Shown here: positions 1 to 13,557 of the stretch, in pieces | Position numbering within the stretch: position 1 is the stretch's first letter | Layout of the letters: each line of letters opens with the position of its first letter | DNA from: Eledone cirrhosa | Taxonomy: Eukaryota | NCBI GenBank assembly: GCA_964016885.1 | Contig: OZ024757.1 | Coordinates: forward strand, 13,826,001-13,890,000 | Reading direction: 5' to 3' | DNA length: 64,000 bases | Position numbers and translations under genes: made by a program | Notes under the pieces: generated by a model | Database searches by the model: none | Told to the model about the DNA's origin: nothing | Seen by the model: only the letters and a program-made list of their open reading frames with translations

Positions 1-478
1 TGTTTAACATCTATCTTCCATGCTAGCATGGGTTTAGATGGGAATTGTCCCACATGAGGCAAGATTGATTGTCTTGTTCGTATAGGACTGTCTGGCGGGT
101 TTTCTACGGCTTGATGTCCTTCCTAACACCAACCACGTTTACAGTGTGGACTGGGAGGTTTTTACCGTGTTACCTACACGGCCACATTACAGCGTGGACT
201 GTGTGTTTTTTTGTCGTGACACCTACACGACCTCATTAGTTTGAACTGGATGTTGTGGCAACAACATAACTTTGCAGAGAAAGGGGTGGTATATATATAT
301 TCTGAGGATTTGATGAGACGTAAACACTGTATTTAAGGTTGAGTGACGCAACTTCGAGCGATTAGTGACCTCTAGACTCACCTGATCAATGAAACAATTG
401 CTAATACTTGAAATAAAGGCCCTTGTTGTACAGCCAACCATGTTACTCTTCAATCTTTCACTATTATTACTCCAAGTA

Positions 479-684
479 GGGTGGTGTATTGGTAGAAGGT
501 CGGACGCCATGCTTTGCAGCATAGAGTTACGGCCCTTTATGATCTGAGTTCAAATCCCACCGAAGTTAACTTTAACTTTCATCCTTGCGGGGTCGATAAA
601 ATAAAGTACCAGTCACGCACTGGGGTCGATATAATCGACTTTCCCCTCCCCCCAAATTGCTGGCCTTGTGCCTATATAAGAAAC
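479..684 (+). mobile_element. tRNA-derived SINE family A, with 20-bp target-site duplication
   Basis: B-box-like gagttcaaatcc and central motif ctttcatccttgcggggtcgataaaataaagtaccag. Direct repeat cactattattactccaagta at 459-478 and 685-704. Other copies: about 1710-1900(-), 6967-7150(+), 8650-8830(+), 27300-27470(+), 29155-29335(+), 45080-45266(-), 47610-47800(+), 47815-48015 (inverted pair), 61318-61440(-). Confidence 0.85.
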
Positions 685-844
685 CACTATTATTACTCCA
701 AGTATAACCTACATAGGAATTCTTGCGAACTCACTAACTATGGAAACATCTTGTTGAGTCAAACAAAGCCGTACGTTAAAACTATCCACAATACAGAGTA
801 CTCACAACCTCTAACTGGATTACCCATAACGATAACTTGTTATC

Positions 845-876
<32 letters not shown>

Positions 877-1065
877 CGAAGGAAATGTGGTAAGGAACCA
901 GGTGGACCATAACGCACCAAAGTACTCAATACTTAGGGTAGTAGAGTGGGTAATAGGAACAAGTAAGACCCCGACGGCTGAGCTCAAACCGTTTCGACGA
1001 CTAATTCTGAGTACAGAATTAGCCGTCGAAACGGCTTGAGCTCAGCCGTCGGGGTCTTACTTGTT

Positions 1066-1157
<92 letters not shown>

Positions 1158-2104
1158 AAAAGGGTCAGGACCCCGACCGCTGAGCTCTGGCCGTTTGGAT
1201 CTAGCTGTTGAAACGGCCGGAGCTCAGCCATCGGGGTCTTGGCTCTTTTCCTATTACTCACTCTACTACCCTAAGTATCGAGTACTCTGGTATGTACGTT
1301 ATGGTCCACCTGTTTCTTACCACACTGTCTTTGATCTCTCTCTCTCTCTACCTCTCTCTCTCTCTCTACCTCTCTCTCTAGATATAGATATAAAAAACAC
1401 ACAGTCCACGCTGTAATGTGGCCGTGTAGGTAACACGGTAAAAAGTTCCCAGTTCCACACTGTAAATGTGGTTGGTGTTAGGAAGGGCATCCAGCCGTAG
1501 AAAACCTGCCAGATAGTCCTATACGAGTGAGATACGGTCACCCGACAAATCTTGCCTCAAGTGGGACAACTCCCGTCTAACCCATGCTAGCGTGGAAGAT
1601 GGACGTTAAACGATGATGATGATGATATAATCAACTTATAATCCTTTAGCATTTACATTACTCTATATTTCATGGTAAAGGCTTTATCTTACATAATTAT
1701 CTCAAATAACTGTTTCTACTTTTGGCACAAGGCCACCAATTACCCAGTGCATTACTGGTACTTTATTTTATCGACCCCGTAAGGATGAAAGGCAAAGTTA
1801 ACCTCAGCGGGATTTGAACTCAGAATGGCAAGGGCCGTAACTCAATGCGACAAAGCATGGCATCCGACCCTCTACCGATACTGCCAATCCACTGCCCTTA
1901 TCTCAAATAACAGTGAATCTATGAGATTTTGATGTTATTTATTTTGAGAACAATACCTTAACATAGGTATGAGCAGCCAGGTATGGCCAGTTTGAACAGA
2001 AAGAGGTCAGAGTTTCACTTCATTTCAATCACCATTGTGCATGAAGTCAAGACAGACTTGCATTCTTTAGATATATATTGAAGATGTCTCATTGTATCAC
2101 ATAC

Positions 2105-2126
2105 TTTCTCTCATTTTCTCTCTCTT

Positions 2127-2157
<31 letters not shown>

Positions 2158-2228
2158 CTTTCTCTCTCCCTCTCTCTCTCTTTCTCTCTTTCTCTCGTTC
2201 TCTCTTTCTCTCTTTCTCTCTCTTTCTC

Positions 2229-2259
<31 letters not shown>

Positions 2260-2390
2260 CTTTCTCTCTTTCTCTCTCATTTTCTCTCTTTCTCTCTCAT
2301 TTTCTCTCTTTCTCTCTCTTTCTCTCTCTTTCTCTCTCTTTCTCTCTCATTTTCTCTCTCTTTCTCTCTTTCTCTCTTCTCTCTTCTCTC

Positions 2391-2425
<35 letters not shown>

Positions 2426-2582
2426 CTCTCTTTCTCTCCCCTCTCTCTCTCTCTTTTCTCTCTTTCTCCTCTCTCCTCTCCTTTTATCTCTCTCTCTATC
2501 CTTTTATCTCGCACTTTATCTCTCCTTTTATCTCTCTCTGTATATATGTATGTATGTATGTATATATGTATGTATATGTATG

Positions 2583-2612
<30 letters not shown>
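2105..2612. repeat. (CT)n/(CTTT)n pyrimidine tract followed by (TATG)n; representative of many simple repeats
   Basis: Other large low-complexity tracts: (ACC/GGT)n at 8090-8380, 10290-10765, 42910-43315, 46440-47130, 49260-50990, 60880-61280; (TA/TG)n at 28430-29150, 51990-52740, 57262-57710; (CA)n 14737-14848; (CT)n 63620-63752. Confidence 0.95.
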
Positions 2613-2615
<3 letters not shown>

Positions 2616-2667
2616 TGATATCCTGTCAACATATAGAAATAGCTAGTATTTCTAGACTATACAGATT

Positions 2668-3277
2668 ATGTCAGGTCACCAGTTGGTGCTACTGGTAACA
2701 TGTATCCCAGTACAACCTGTTTCGTGGTCGGGTCGTTGGCGACTAAACTGGCAACCCCACCAAGGTTTCTTGGTGAGGAGGGTGACTTTGGACATCCTGC
2801 AGGACTAAAAACAAAACCTGTCAAAAGGCAAAGGAGCTCTTAAGAGTCAATGGCCATCCAAAATCACCGGGAGAGATGACCCCTTAGCCTTTGTCAAGGC
2901 AGAATTCTAGGAGAAGGAAAACTCTGATATAACACCTGCAACTCTGATGGTATCCAATGATGTTGACTTGTTCTTCCTTTTGGTAAATATCATCTAGGTT
3001 AAGAGAGTGGGACTGGCTTTGTGCAGTGCCTTTGCTCACTATAAAAGCTTCACGGCACAGGCATTGCTTTATATCTGGAGATCTCTCTGCACTTGTCGTC
3101 ACATGGTACCATGGGCCCAGCACTATGTGTCAGTAATTGTCACAAGTGTAGTGTTTGTACCAGAGTTTTCAAGTCGCTGGCTGGACTAAAAAGTCACACT
3201 CGTTCAGCGCATCGGTAGGGGTTCTCCTACATGGATATAAAGTAGTGGCCGTACTCGAAAACGAGTTGGCAGCCACC

Positions 3278-3278
<1 letters not shown>
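2668..3278 (+). repeat. Composite dispersed repeat of unknown class (parts recur at 20710-20855(-), 34751-34998, 35030-35346)
   Basis: Near-identical blocks ggagagatgaccccttagc..ggttaagagagtg and ctttgctcactataaaagc..ggcagccacc recur in the window. Confidence 0.75.
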
Positions 3279-3350
<72 letters not shown>

Positions 3351-3987
3351 GTAATGATATCCTGTCAACATATAGAAATAGCTAGTATTTCTAGACTATA
3401 CAGATTGTCATATCAAACTGCCCCCCCCCCCCCCCCCCCCCCTCTAAAAACCTACCTCAACACTGTTGCTTTTAGGACTCTTGTAATATATGTGAGTTAC
3501 ATTGACAGCAAATGGGAATGGTGGTGTGGTGGTGAAGCAGTAGGGTGGTAGTGGTGGTGGCAGAAGGGGTTGGGGGTGTGGTGGGGTTGAAGTGATTGGT
3601 AGTGGTGGTGGTAGTGGTGGCAGTCCCAGACAGGTTGGTGGTAGGGTGGTAGTGGTGGTGGCAGTCCCAGACAGGTTGGTGCTGTGGTGATGGTGGCAGT
3701 CGCAGAGAGGGTTTGGTAGTGGACAATGGTTGGTGGTAGTGGTGGCAGTCCCAGACAGAGATTGGTGCTATGGTGGTGGTAGTAGTGGTGGCAACAGTCC
3801 CCCAAAAGGGGTTGGGGGTGTGGGGGTGATGAAGTGATTGGTGGTGATGGTGGCAGTCCCAGACAGGCTTTGGTGGTGGTAGTGGTGATGGTGGTGATGG
3901 TAGAGTGGAGAGGAAGGAGGTTATTTTATTTAAAATTTAATGTCAAATTATTGAATGTTTATAGTTGAAGGAGACCCAACAAGTTTT

Positions 3988-4760
3988 GATTGGACCATAC
4001 CTATTCCATGTTGTTAGGGGTGTCGGGTATTGGACCATACCTATTGTTTGTTGTTAGGGGCGATAGGTATTGGACCATACCTATTGCTTGTTGTTAGGGG
4101 TGTTAGGTATTGGGCCATACCTATTGCTTGTTGTTAGGGGTGTTAGGTATTGAACCATACATATAATTCTTGTTATTATTGGTGCCAAAGTTAGGCCATA
4201 CCTCTAATCCAGACATGAGCAATCTTTTTAGTGTAGTAGACCACATAGGGTGTGTCTCATATGGTGGGCTGCACTACTAAAACATTCAAGGCAGTTTTGG
4301 AAATTACGTATGCCATTCAGAAAGCCAAATGGGCCACATGTGGCCCGCAAGCTGCAGTTTGCTCATGACTGCTTAACCCTTTAGCATTTAAACCGGCTGT
4401 ATCCGGCCAGAATTCTCTCACCCCTTTCTGTTCAAACCGGTTGTAACCGGTTGCTCATATTTATGTTAAGATAGTGTTCTCAAAATAAATAATATCAACA
4501 TCTCATAGATTCGATATTATGTGAGATAATTATGAGAGATAAAGTCTTTACTGGGAAAATATAATAGTAAGTAAAGAGTAATGTAAATGGTAAAGGGTTA
4601 ATCCTTGCTATTAGGAGTATCACATATTAGACCATATCTAATCCTTGCTATTAGGGGTGACAAGAATTGGACCTTACCTAATCCTTGTTATTAGGAGTAT
4701 CACATATTGGACCTTACCTAATCCTTGCTATTAGGGGTGACAGGTATTGGACAATACTAA
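3988..4760. repeat. Two related 40-bp tandem repeat blocks (3988-4165 and 4601-4760)
   Basis: Units tattggaccatacctattgcttgttgttaggggtgttagg and atccttgctattaggagtatcacatattggaccttaccta. Confidence 0.75.
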
Positions 4761-7427
4761 CGACAATGTCATCAGCTCATAAACTAACTTTAATCCTTTC
4801 ATAACCATATTTCTAATGATAGACACTGCCTATGATTTTCAAACCTTCAACCATAACAATAGGCCATATGTTTGTATTTTTATATACAGAGTAACCACAA
4901 AAAACACTCCTTGATTTCAAATGCTTATAATATGAAAACTTAAATAAATATTCTTACAATATTGGTGGCTACAGTTGTATAAACTAACAAAGTTTCATGT
5001 GGTATTGGTTGATATCGTAGATGTGGCCGCCCTTTTGTTGCTCGGCAACCATAAATGTGATATTGTAAGAATATTCTTTCAAGTTTTGATATATAAGTAT
5101 TTGAAATCAAGGAGTGTTTTTGTGGTCACCCTGTCTATATCTTTGAGTAACTCATTTACTCATACAAATATATACACACATACACATCATGCATTTCTGC
5201 ATTTCCTATCTCAGTCATGTTGCTATGATAAAAGTTCACTTTCCAATCACAAGGTCCTGAGTTCTAACTCTACATTTGTCCTTGTTAATAGTTGTTTCTA
5301 AGAAGTTATTCGAACATTTAATCGTACGGTATTTGTACATATATGCTGAACATTTATGTAATTTTATCCTAAAAATAAATTATTAAAATATTAGTTAAAT
5401 ATAAACACTTTAACCCTTTCATTACCATATTTCTAATGAAAGATATTGTCAATGTCTTTAAACCTTTCATTACCATATATGTCTTTCATTACCATATATG
5501 TCTATATCACTAACCCTTTCCTTACCATATTTCTAATGAAAGACACTGTCTATGTCTTTAACCCTTTCAATACCATATTTCTAATGAAAGACACTGATTT
5601 TTAAACCAATCTAAAATCTATATGGCTTAGGATTGTAAAACTAGTGTGGTTTCAGACATTTTGGTATTGAAACAGCTATGGTACTTTTAACTAGGGCAAA
5701 AGGAAGAGCTTTAGAAATTTATTGTTGCAAACCAGAATTGACAAGTGACCATATAATCATTCTTTTTTGTCTTTTTTCTCACAAAAGAGCTCCACTTAAC
5801 TGAATTTAGAATTTGAAATTAAAAACAAAATTTTAAAAAAAAAAAACGGAAAGGAACAATCTTAATGGTAGATATTTTTCAAATACAATAAAAATGTATT
5901 TTGTTGATAATAATTTTCTAGAGTGGTCTTTGAGACTGTTGAAACTTTAGGATGGCTAAAACTTCAAGGTCACCTCAACCTTTAATGCTTTTGATACCAA
6001 TTCGCCTAAAACGGCCTCTGGTTCCATGAAATAAAATCACACATTTTAAAGGGCTTCCATTTAACCCTTTATCATTTACATTACTCTATATTTACTATTA
6101 TATTTTCATGGTAAAGGCTTTATCTCACATGATATTGAATCTATGAGATTTTGATATTATTTATTTTGAGAACAATACCTTAACATTAGTATGAGTGGCC
6201 GGTTACAGCCAGTTTGACCAGAAAGAGATGAGAGAGGCTGAATGTGGCTGGTTTAAATGCTTTTACCAACTCACCTAAAACTGTCCCTGGTTCCATAAAA
6301 GAAAATCACACATTTTAAAGGTTTCTATTTAAATTAAAATTTTCTAACATAATTTTATACGAGAAATTCTTAGTATCTTAGAAACTTAGTAATGAAATAA
6401 TTAATTATTTAAGTAAATTCTTAAAATTCCTCATTAAATAATTGAAATAAGATGTATTTTGTTAGAAATAGACTTTAGAAAAGGGTTAGATTTTTATATG
6501 GTTAGTTTGCTCAGCCTTATGAATTTTTGTTATTAGGAAATGTGTTAGAAATACCATCTTAATAATTTTTAATTTAGACACAAGGCCAGTAATTTGAGGG
6601 GAGGGGAAAGTTGATTAAATTGACCCAGTACTCGACTGGTACTTTATTTTATTTATCCCAAAAGGATGAAAAGCAAAGTTGACAAATGTTTCCGAAAGTC
6701 ATGGGAGCTGTACTGTTTTCTGATTTTGTAAGCATGTCCATGGGTGTTAGACATATGAAATTAAAAAGGTGCTCAGGGTTGTTGTTGGAAAAATGGTTAA
6801 TAATCTTGTGGGTGTCTACCAAGTCAGTTGCCAGAGGTTGGAGTTTTAATGTATTCACAGAGTTCTATTAAAAGACACTGCCTATGATTTTCAAATCATT
6901 TTGAAAATAATCAAGAATTTGGAGAGATTTAGTAATATAACTAACTTTCTCATTATCATTATTATCGTGGATTGGCAGTATCGGTAGAGGGTCGGACGCC
7001 ATGCTTTGCAGCACAGTTACATCCCTTTACGGACTCGGTTCAAATCCCGCCGAGGTTAACTTTGCCTTTCATCCTTACGGGGTTGATAAAATAAAGTACC
7101 AGTAATACACTGGGACAATTGCTGGCCTTGTGCCAAAAGTAGAAACAATTATTATCACTTATCTTCTTTGCCCACTTATTCCTGGAAGGGTCGTTGGGGC
7201 TGAGACCTAAAACACACCTTTCAACCAGTCCTGTCAGAAGCAACCATTTCTAGTTGATCTGGATGGATCTCCAAGTGAGACCAGTTAAGATCATGGATGT
7301 TATCCAACCTTTTAACTTCTGGATCTCCTACCAGTTGATTTTGCTAGTAAAATCTGTCCATTGATTTTTAAAAAAAAATGATTTAAGCAAGTTTTTTTTA
7401 AATGATTTAAGCAAGTTTTTTAATGAT

Positions 7428-7649
7428 TTAACCCTTTAGCATTCACATTACTCTATATATACTATTATATTTTCGCAGTAAAGGCTTTATCTCACATAAT
7501 TATTCACATAAAATCTATGACATTTTGATGATGTTATTTTTGAAAGAAGACTTTAACATCAGTAAGAGTGGCTAGTTACGGTCGGTTTGACCAGAAAGAG
7601 GTGAGAGAATTCTGGCCGGATATGGCCGGTTTAAATGCTAAAGGGTTAA
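7428..7649. mobile_element. TTAA-flanked MITE (piggyBac-type termini), representative copy
   Basis: TTAA-CCCTTTAGCATT...AATGCTAAAGGG-TTAA. Other copies: 4373-4601, 11152-11337, 32361-32779 (two in tandem), 32808-33035, 41111-41455. Partial copies at about 1641-2010, 6061-6260, 18686-18888, 26495-26590. Confidence 0.85.
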
Positions 7650-7777
7650 GCAATTTTTTTTTATGATTTAAACATTTTTTAATGATTTTTATTTTATTTT
7701 ATGATAAAAAACAATCATCATTAATGCTTTATGAAATATATTTAAAATAAAACTCAATATTTCCTCTTCTATTTTAG

Positions 7778-7862
7778 CATTTCCGTCATGTGACCCGAAC
7801 CCTTGTCAAAATGGTGTGAAATGTCACACACCACGAAACCACAATGGAGAGAGCTATTGTCA
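7778..7862 (+). CDS. Notch: Notch receptor exon (first internal exon seen; most of EGF repeat 1)
   Basis: Pyrimidine-rich acceptor ttcctcttctattttAG and donor GTAAGT. Reads (x)FPSCDPNPCQNGVKCHTPRNHNGESYC(Q). Phase 1 start and phase 2 end join in frame with the 21644 exon. Confidence 0.85.
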
Positions 7863-8002
7863 GTAAGTAGTAGTAAAATTAGTAATAGTAGTAGTAGTAA
7901 TACTACTACTACTACTACTATTACAATTTCTCTTCCTTTTAAAATTTTTTTTTACTTTTAATTCTATTGTTCATTGGCACTTAAGTTAGTGATGGGGGAG
8001 GG

Positions 8003-8033
<31 letters not shown>

Positions 8034-11000
8034 CAACAACGGTGGTGGTGGTGGTGGTGGTGGTTCCGATCTCTTCCGGATAAGCATGTCACTATCACTG
8101 TCATCATTACCATCATCATCATCACTCATAGTTGTCACTCATCATCATCATCACCACCACCACCACCACCACCTTCAGTACTACTACCACCACCATCATC
8201 ATTACCACCATTACCATCACCACCACCACCATCACTATTTTCATTATCATGTCTACCCTCACCACCACTAGCATTATCACCACCAGAAACACCATCACCA
8301 TCATTATCACCATTATCATTAACATGTCCACTCTCATTACAACCACTACCACCGCCACCATCATCAGTACCACCACCACTATCAGCCTGAAGGCTTGGGA
8401 CAGACTTTAACTTTAACTAGCTTGGCTTGTGGTGACCTGTTGTAGTGACCAGAGATTCTCAAAGTGGGCACCCACTGACGGGCTTTGAGAAGGTCCAAGG
8501 GGTCGCTGGCAACCATGGGGGTGGTAGAGATGATATAATAGTATATTAGATATCAAATGCTACATATTATATATAAATATAGTAAAATAAAAAATATATA
8601 ATATTTATTTATACATAGTATATATTATATCATTTATTATATATAAATAAGGGCAGTGGATTGGCAGTATCGCCATGCTTTACAGCATAGAGTTACGGCC
8701 CTTTATGATCTGAGTTCAAATCCCGCCGAGGTTAACTTTGCCTTTCATCCTCACGGGGTCGATAAAATAAAGCACCAGTAATGCACTGGGATAATTGCTG
8801 GCCTTGTGCCAAATGTAGAAATAATTATAAATTAACGATTTTATTTGTTATATATTATTTACAACTTCCATGTAGGCAGGTCTCTCTGGAAATAGGGTTG
8901 GGGATTGGTGAGGGCTGGTACGTCTTAACAGCATTATAGGCCCCCGGGCAGATAAATACTATACTGTATAGTATAGTATTTATCAATTGACAGCAAGTCG
9001 CTACATACATAGATTACCATGAGCCCTCGTGGGGCTCCCAGGCAACTGCCATGCGTTAAGACGGCTCTGGCTGAGGGTAGTATGTGGCTATGAGAGGGTG
9101 GCAGTTGCCCAAAGCGTTTGAGAACCTCTGTATTAAACCCTTGTTAGAAGGAAAACGGGATGTTAAATGATGATGATGATGATGTACACACAAACGCACA
9201 AGTGTATCTATCTCCAGCTCTATATACAATTGACATTCCCCCAGGGTGACTGGGTTCAGTAGAGGAGTGGGGTAGTAGGTGTGTGTTAGTAACCCGGTTG
9301 CTCCAGCCCCCCCCCCCCCCCCCCCCTGTGTTGCTCCCCCCACATACTCCTATCCCTGGGACCCACTAATTGTTTGTAAGAACCTTAATGTAAACTTGAA
9401 CTATTGATTAGGACGCGGTCCCTAAATACATAATTATTGATGACTGTATGTGTGTGTGCGTGTTGGTATGTGTGCATGAGGTTGGTATGTGTATTGATTT
9501 GTATGTGTGTTTATGGGGAAATGGGGAGGACTATGACGTATGTGTGTTGGTTTGTGTTTGTGTGTGTTGGTGTGTTTGAGATGATGACATGTGTTGATGC
9601 ATGCATGTGTGTGTGTGTGTCTTGTGTGTTGTGATAGTTGTTTATCCTTCCTACGGCCACTGCCACCACGGCTATCTCTATCACCCCCACCATCACCGCT
9701 ATCTCTATCACCACCACTACCTCTATCACCACCACCTCTACCATCATCACAACCACTACCATAATCTCTACCACCATCACCACCTTCTTTTATCTAGATG
9801 GTCTGCTAGCACTTAAATCAATATGGTGTGATTTGAGGGTGATTTGACTGCTATTTCTTGAACATAACGGTCCCCTTTTTTAAATACAGATCGTCTGCTG
9901 ACAGTTAAAACATATTGTGTAATAACTTGAGGGTAATTTGGCTGCTATTTCTAGTATATAGAGGCTCCCTATCCTCTCCTATATGGGTTGTTTGTCTGCT
10001 AATAGTTAAAACAATATGGTGTAATGTTTTGAGGGTGATTTAACTGCTATTTCTTGTACATAAAGGTCCTGTTCTTTTTTATGTAGATGGTCTGCTAACA
10101 GTTAAAACATTGTGTAATGACTTGAGAGTAATTTGGCTGCTATTTCTAGTATATACCCTCTCCTGTATGGATTAAGATTACATGTGGATTCAGTGAGTTG
10201 GGCAGTGGTTTGTTTGTTTTTAATAGAAGTTATGTTCCAAACTCTGCTGAAACACAAGATGTTCCTTCCCTGACCAACACAGAAGCATAAGTGGTAGTGG
10301 TGATGGTGATGCTGGGGGTGGTGACATGGATGGTGGTGTTGGTGATGGTGGTAATGATAGTAATGGTGGTGTTATTGTTTAGTGGTGGTGTTGAGTAATG
10401 GTGGTAATGATGGTGTTGGTGGTGGGGATGGTGATGGTGGTTGTGTTCTTGGTGGTGGTGTTAGTGGTGTTGGTAGTGGAGGTGTTGTTGGGGATGTTGG
10501 TAATGATGGTAATGGTGTTGGTGGTGGTTATGGTGGTTGTGTTCTTGGTGGTGGTGTTCATGGTAATGATGGTAGTGGTGGCGTTGGTGGTGTTTGGTAG
10601 TGGTGGCATTGGTAGTGGTGGTGGTGGTGTTGGTGGTGTTGGAAGTCATGGTGTTGATGGTGGTGGTGGTGGTGGTAGTAGTGTTGTTGGAAGTGGTGGT
10701 GGTAGTGGTGTTGTTGGAAGTGGTGTTGTTGGTAGTGATGGTGGTAGTGGTGGTAGTGGTGTCAGTGGACTAACAGAAGAAATATTGTAAGATAAAGGCA
10801 GCTTTGTTATTCTTTATAAAGTTGACAATCTGTTTCTCTCTGTGAAACATTTTATATAAACTTGATCTCACATCTATTGTTGCAGCTTGTCCACCAAGGG
10901 AAAGGAAAGAAAAATAGAATAGACACATGACGTGGCTTAGTAGCTTAGTAGTTAGGGTGTTGGACTCGTGATCAAAAGGGCATAGGTTTGATTGTTGGAC

Positions 11001-11560
11001 CAAGCTATACATTGTGTGCTTGAGCAAAATACAGGGTGTATCAAAGAGAATCCTTTTTACAAGTTTTAAAAAAAAAGATGGTTGAAAAATAAATAAAATC
11101 TTGAACAATCTGGAAAAATCTTGTTTCCCTTTCAATGCATTTCAAAATATGTTAACCCTTTAGCATTTACATTACTTTATATATACTACATAATATGGAA
11201 TCTATGGGATTTTGATATTATTTATTTTGAGAACAATACCTTTACATCAGTATGAGTTGCTAGTTATGACTGGTTTGAAGAGAAAAAGGTGAGAGAATTC
11301 TGGCCAGATACAGCCGGTTTAAATGCTAAAGGGTTACACCAGTCACACTCACACATATACACCCTTGCATACAAACTTAAACTTACAGTCAATAGGCACC
11401 TCTTAACCCAATATACACCACACCCCACACACCCTACTCTATCCTCTCATTTCCGTCCACTGTAAAGTGGTCGTGTAGGTGACACGACAAAAAGCACCCA
11501 CTCCGTACAGTGTATATGTATGTATGTGTGTGTGTATGTGTATGTGTGCATGTGTATATA

Positions 11561-11600
<40 letters not shown>

Positions 11601-11623
11601 GTGTGTGTATATGTGTGTATGTG

Positions 11624-11724
<101 letters not shown>

Positions 11725-11967
11725 TTGTATGTGCATTCACTCCTTATGAAATTAAAAGAAAATAAATATAATAGTGTGAGGGAGAGAGAGAGAGAGGTTA
11801 ATGGAGAGGAAGAGGGAGATTGACAGAGAGAAAGAGAGTGTGTCATATTGTCTAGACAAAATAAATCATTTCATTTGGTCTTCCCATCTGTTGGTATTTG
11901 TATTCAAATTCCACAAAAGTATTTTTCCACTATCACCATCACTACCTCAACAACAACCACTGTTACC

Positions 11968-12676
11968 ACTGTGTGGGCTGGGTGCTTTTTGCTGTGACTC
12001 CTACACAACCTCTTTTCAGTGTGAGCTGGGTGATTTTTGTCATGACACGTACATGACCTCTTTTCAGTGTGGGCTGGGTGCTTTTTGCCGTGTCTCCTAC
12101 ATTACCACTTTACAGTGTGGTCTGGGTGCATTTTGTTGTGATACATACATGACCACATTTACAGTGTGGGTTGGATGTATTTTGTCATGACCCCTACACA
12201 ACCATATTACAGTGTGGGCTGGGTGCTTTTTGCCGTGTCTCCTACACGACCACTTTACATTGTGGGCTGGTTGCTTTTTGCCGTGTCTTCTACACGGCCT
12301 CTTTTCAGTGTGGGCTGGGTGCTTTTTGTCATGACGCGTACATGACCATTTACAGTGTGGGCTGGGTGCTTTTTGCCATGTCTCCTACATGACCACTTTA
12401 TTTGTGGGCTGGGTGCTTTTTGCTGTGTCTCCTACACGACCACTTTACTTGTGGGCTGGGTGCTTTTTGCCGTGTCTCCTACACAACCACTTTACTTGTG
12501 GGCTGGGTGCTTTTTGTCATGTCTCCTACATTACCACATTTACAGTGTGGGTTGGGTGCATTTTGTTGTAACCCCTACACGACCATATTAGAGTGTGGGC
12601 TGCGTGCTTTTTGCCGTGTCTGCTGCGTGCTTTTTGCCGTGTCTGCTACACCACCACTTTAGAGTGTGGACTGGAT
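11968..12676. repeat. About 48-bp degenerate tandem repeat (about 15 copies) derived from the RTE/SINE 3' tail
   Basis: Unit ttacagtgtgggctgggtgctttttgccgtgtctcctacacgaccact matches a segment of the dispersed RTE-tail repeat (e.g. 26813-26860). Confidence 0.85.
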
Positions 12677-12764
12677 ATATACATATATAAAGCTCGTAAA
12701 TGGATACTGAGTTCACTCGGTATTTCATAGTAAGCATTACTGAAGAAGGCTAAGTAACCAGAAA

Positions 12765-13557
12765 TCTCTATATATAAAGTTGTAGTTCCTGTCTGTTTGT
12801 TCACAAACCCCTCCTATGGTTTTGGAGATAGACCACCATAACCATATATATTCTGAAACTACATTGCCCAGGGTACTTTGATTAAAATGAAATATGCTTA
12901 TCCAAGGGTTCCCCAGGGGCACAAACCCTCACTGAAAATTTTTTCCCTTCGATTTATATGAAATTTAAACCATAGGTAAATGACAAGGTATGATGCCTAT
13001 TCACAAAATTTCAGCAAATTTCAATAATATTAAGACACCCTAATGGGGGTTAAACCCCTACAGTGAATATTTTGGAGTATTGGAATCTCTATTATCACGG
13101 GGTTTTTCTATTAATTAAACATAAATCAACAAAAAAGCACCTCTCTTTTACAGTAAAATTTGGCTAATTTAGATATTTTATCTGTGGCAAAACATCACTA
13201 GAATTATGACAACAAAAATTATCAACAAAAATCTTCATTTTCTTACAAAAAAAATGTGTGTGAAGGCGCATGGCTTCGTGGTTAGAGCATTGGGCTTCCA
13301 ATGGAAAGGTTGTGAGTTCAATTCTTGGACCGAGTGATGTGTTGTTTCCTTGAGCAAGACACTTTATTTCACGTTGCTCCAGTTTACTCAGCTGTAGAAA
13401 TGAGATGATAGGACTGGGGTCCCTATCATTAAATCACCCAAGACACCTCCAACGAGATATACCTTGGAGGAGGCCATCTAAACCAGTATAGGTGTGAGCT
13501 GTCACACATACAAAAACAAATGTGTGAAACACAGCAAGGTGTGGGTAATTTGGCTAG
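12765..13557 (+). mobile_element. Non-autonomous Helitron-like element (with a nested SINE fragment at 13263-13430)
   Basis: Starts TC(tctatatataaag..gtctgtttgt) after an A and ends CTAG before a T. A small hairpin acac-agcaag-gtgt lies 11 nt before CTAG. No TSD. Removing it restores a contiguous hammerhead motif. Confidence 0.7.

Noticed and set aside
11801-12662. Cys-rich repetitive ORFs resembling a metallothionein or EGF-like protein
   Set aside because: They arise from a 48-bp tandem expansion of a retroelement tail; there are frameshifts between units and no EGF spacing.
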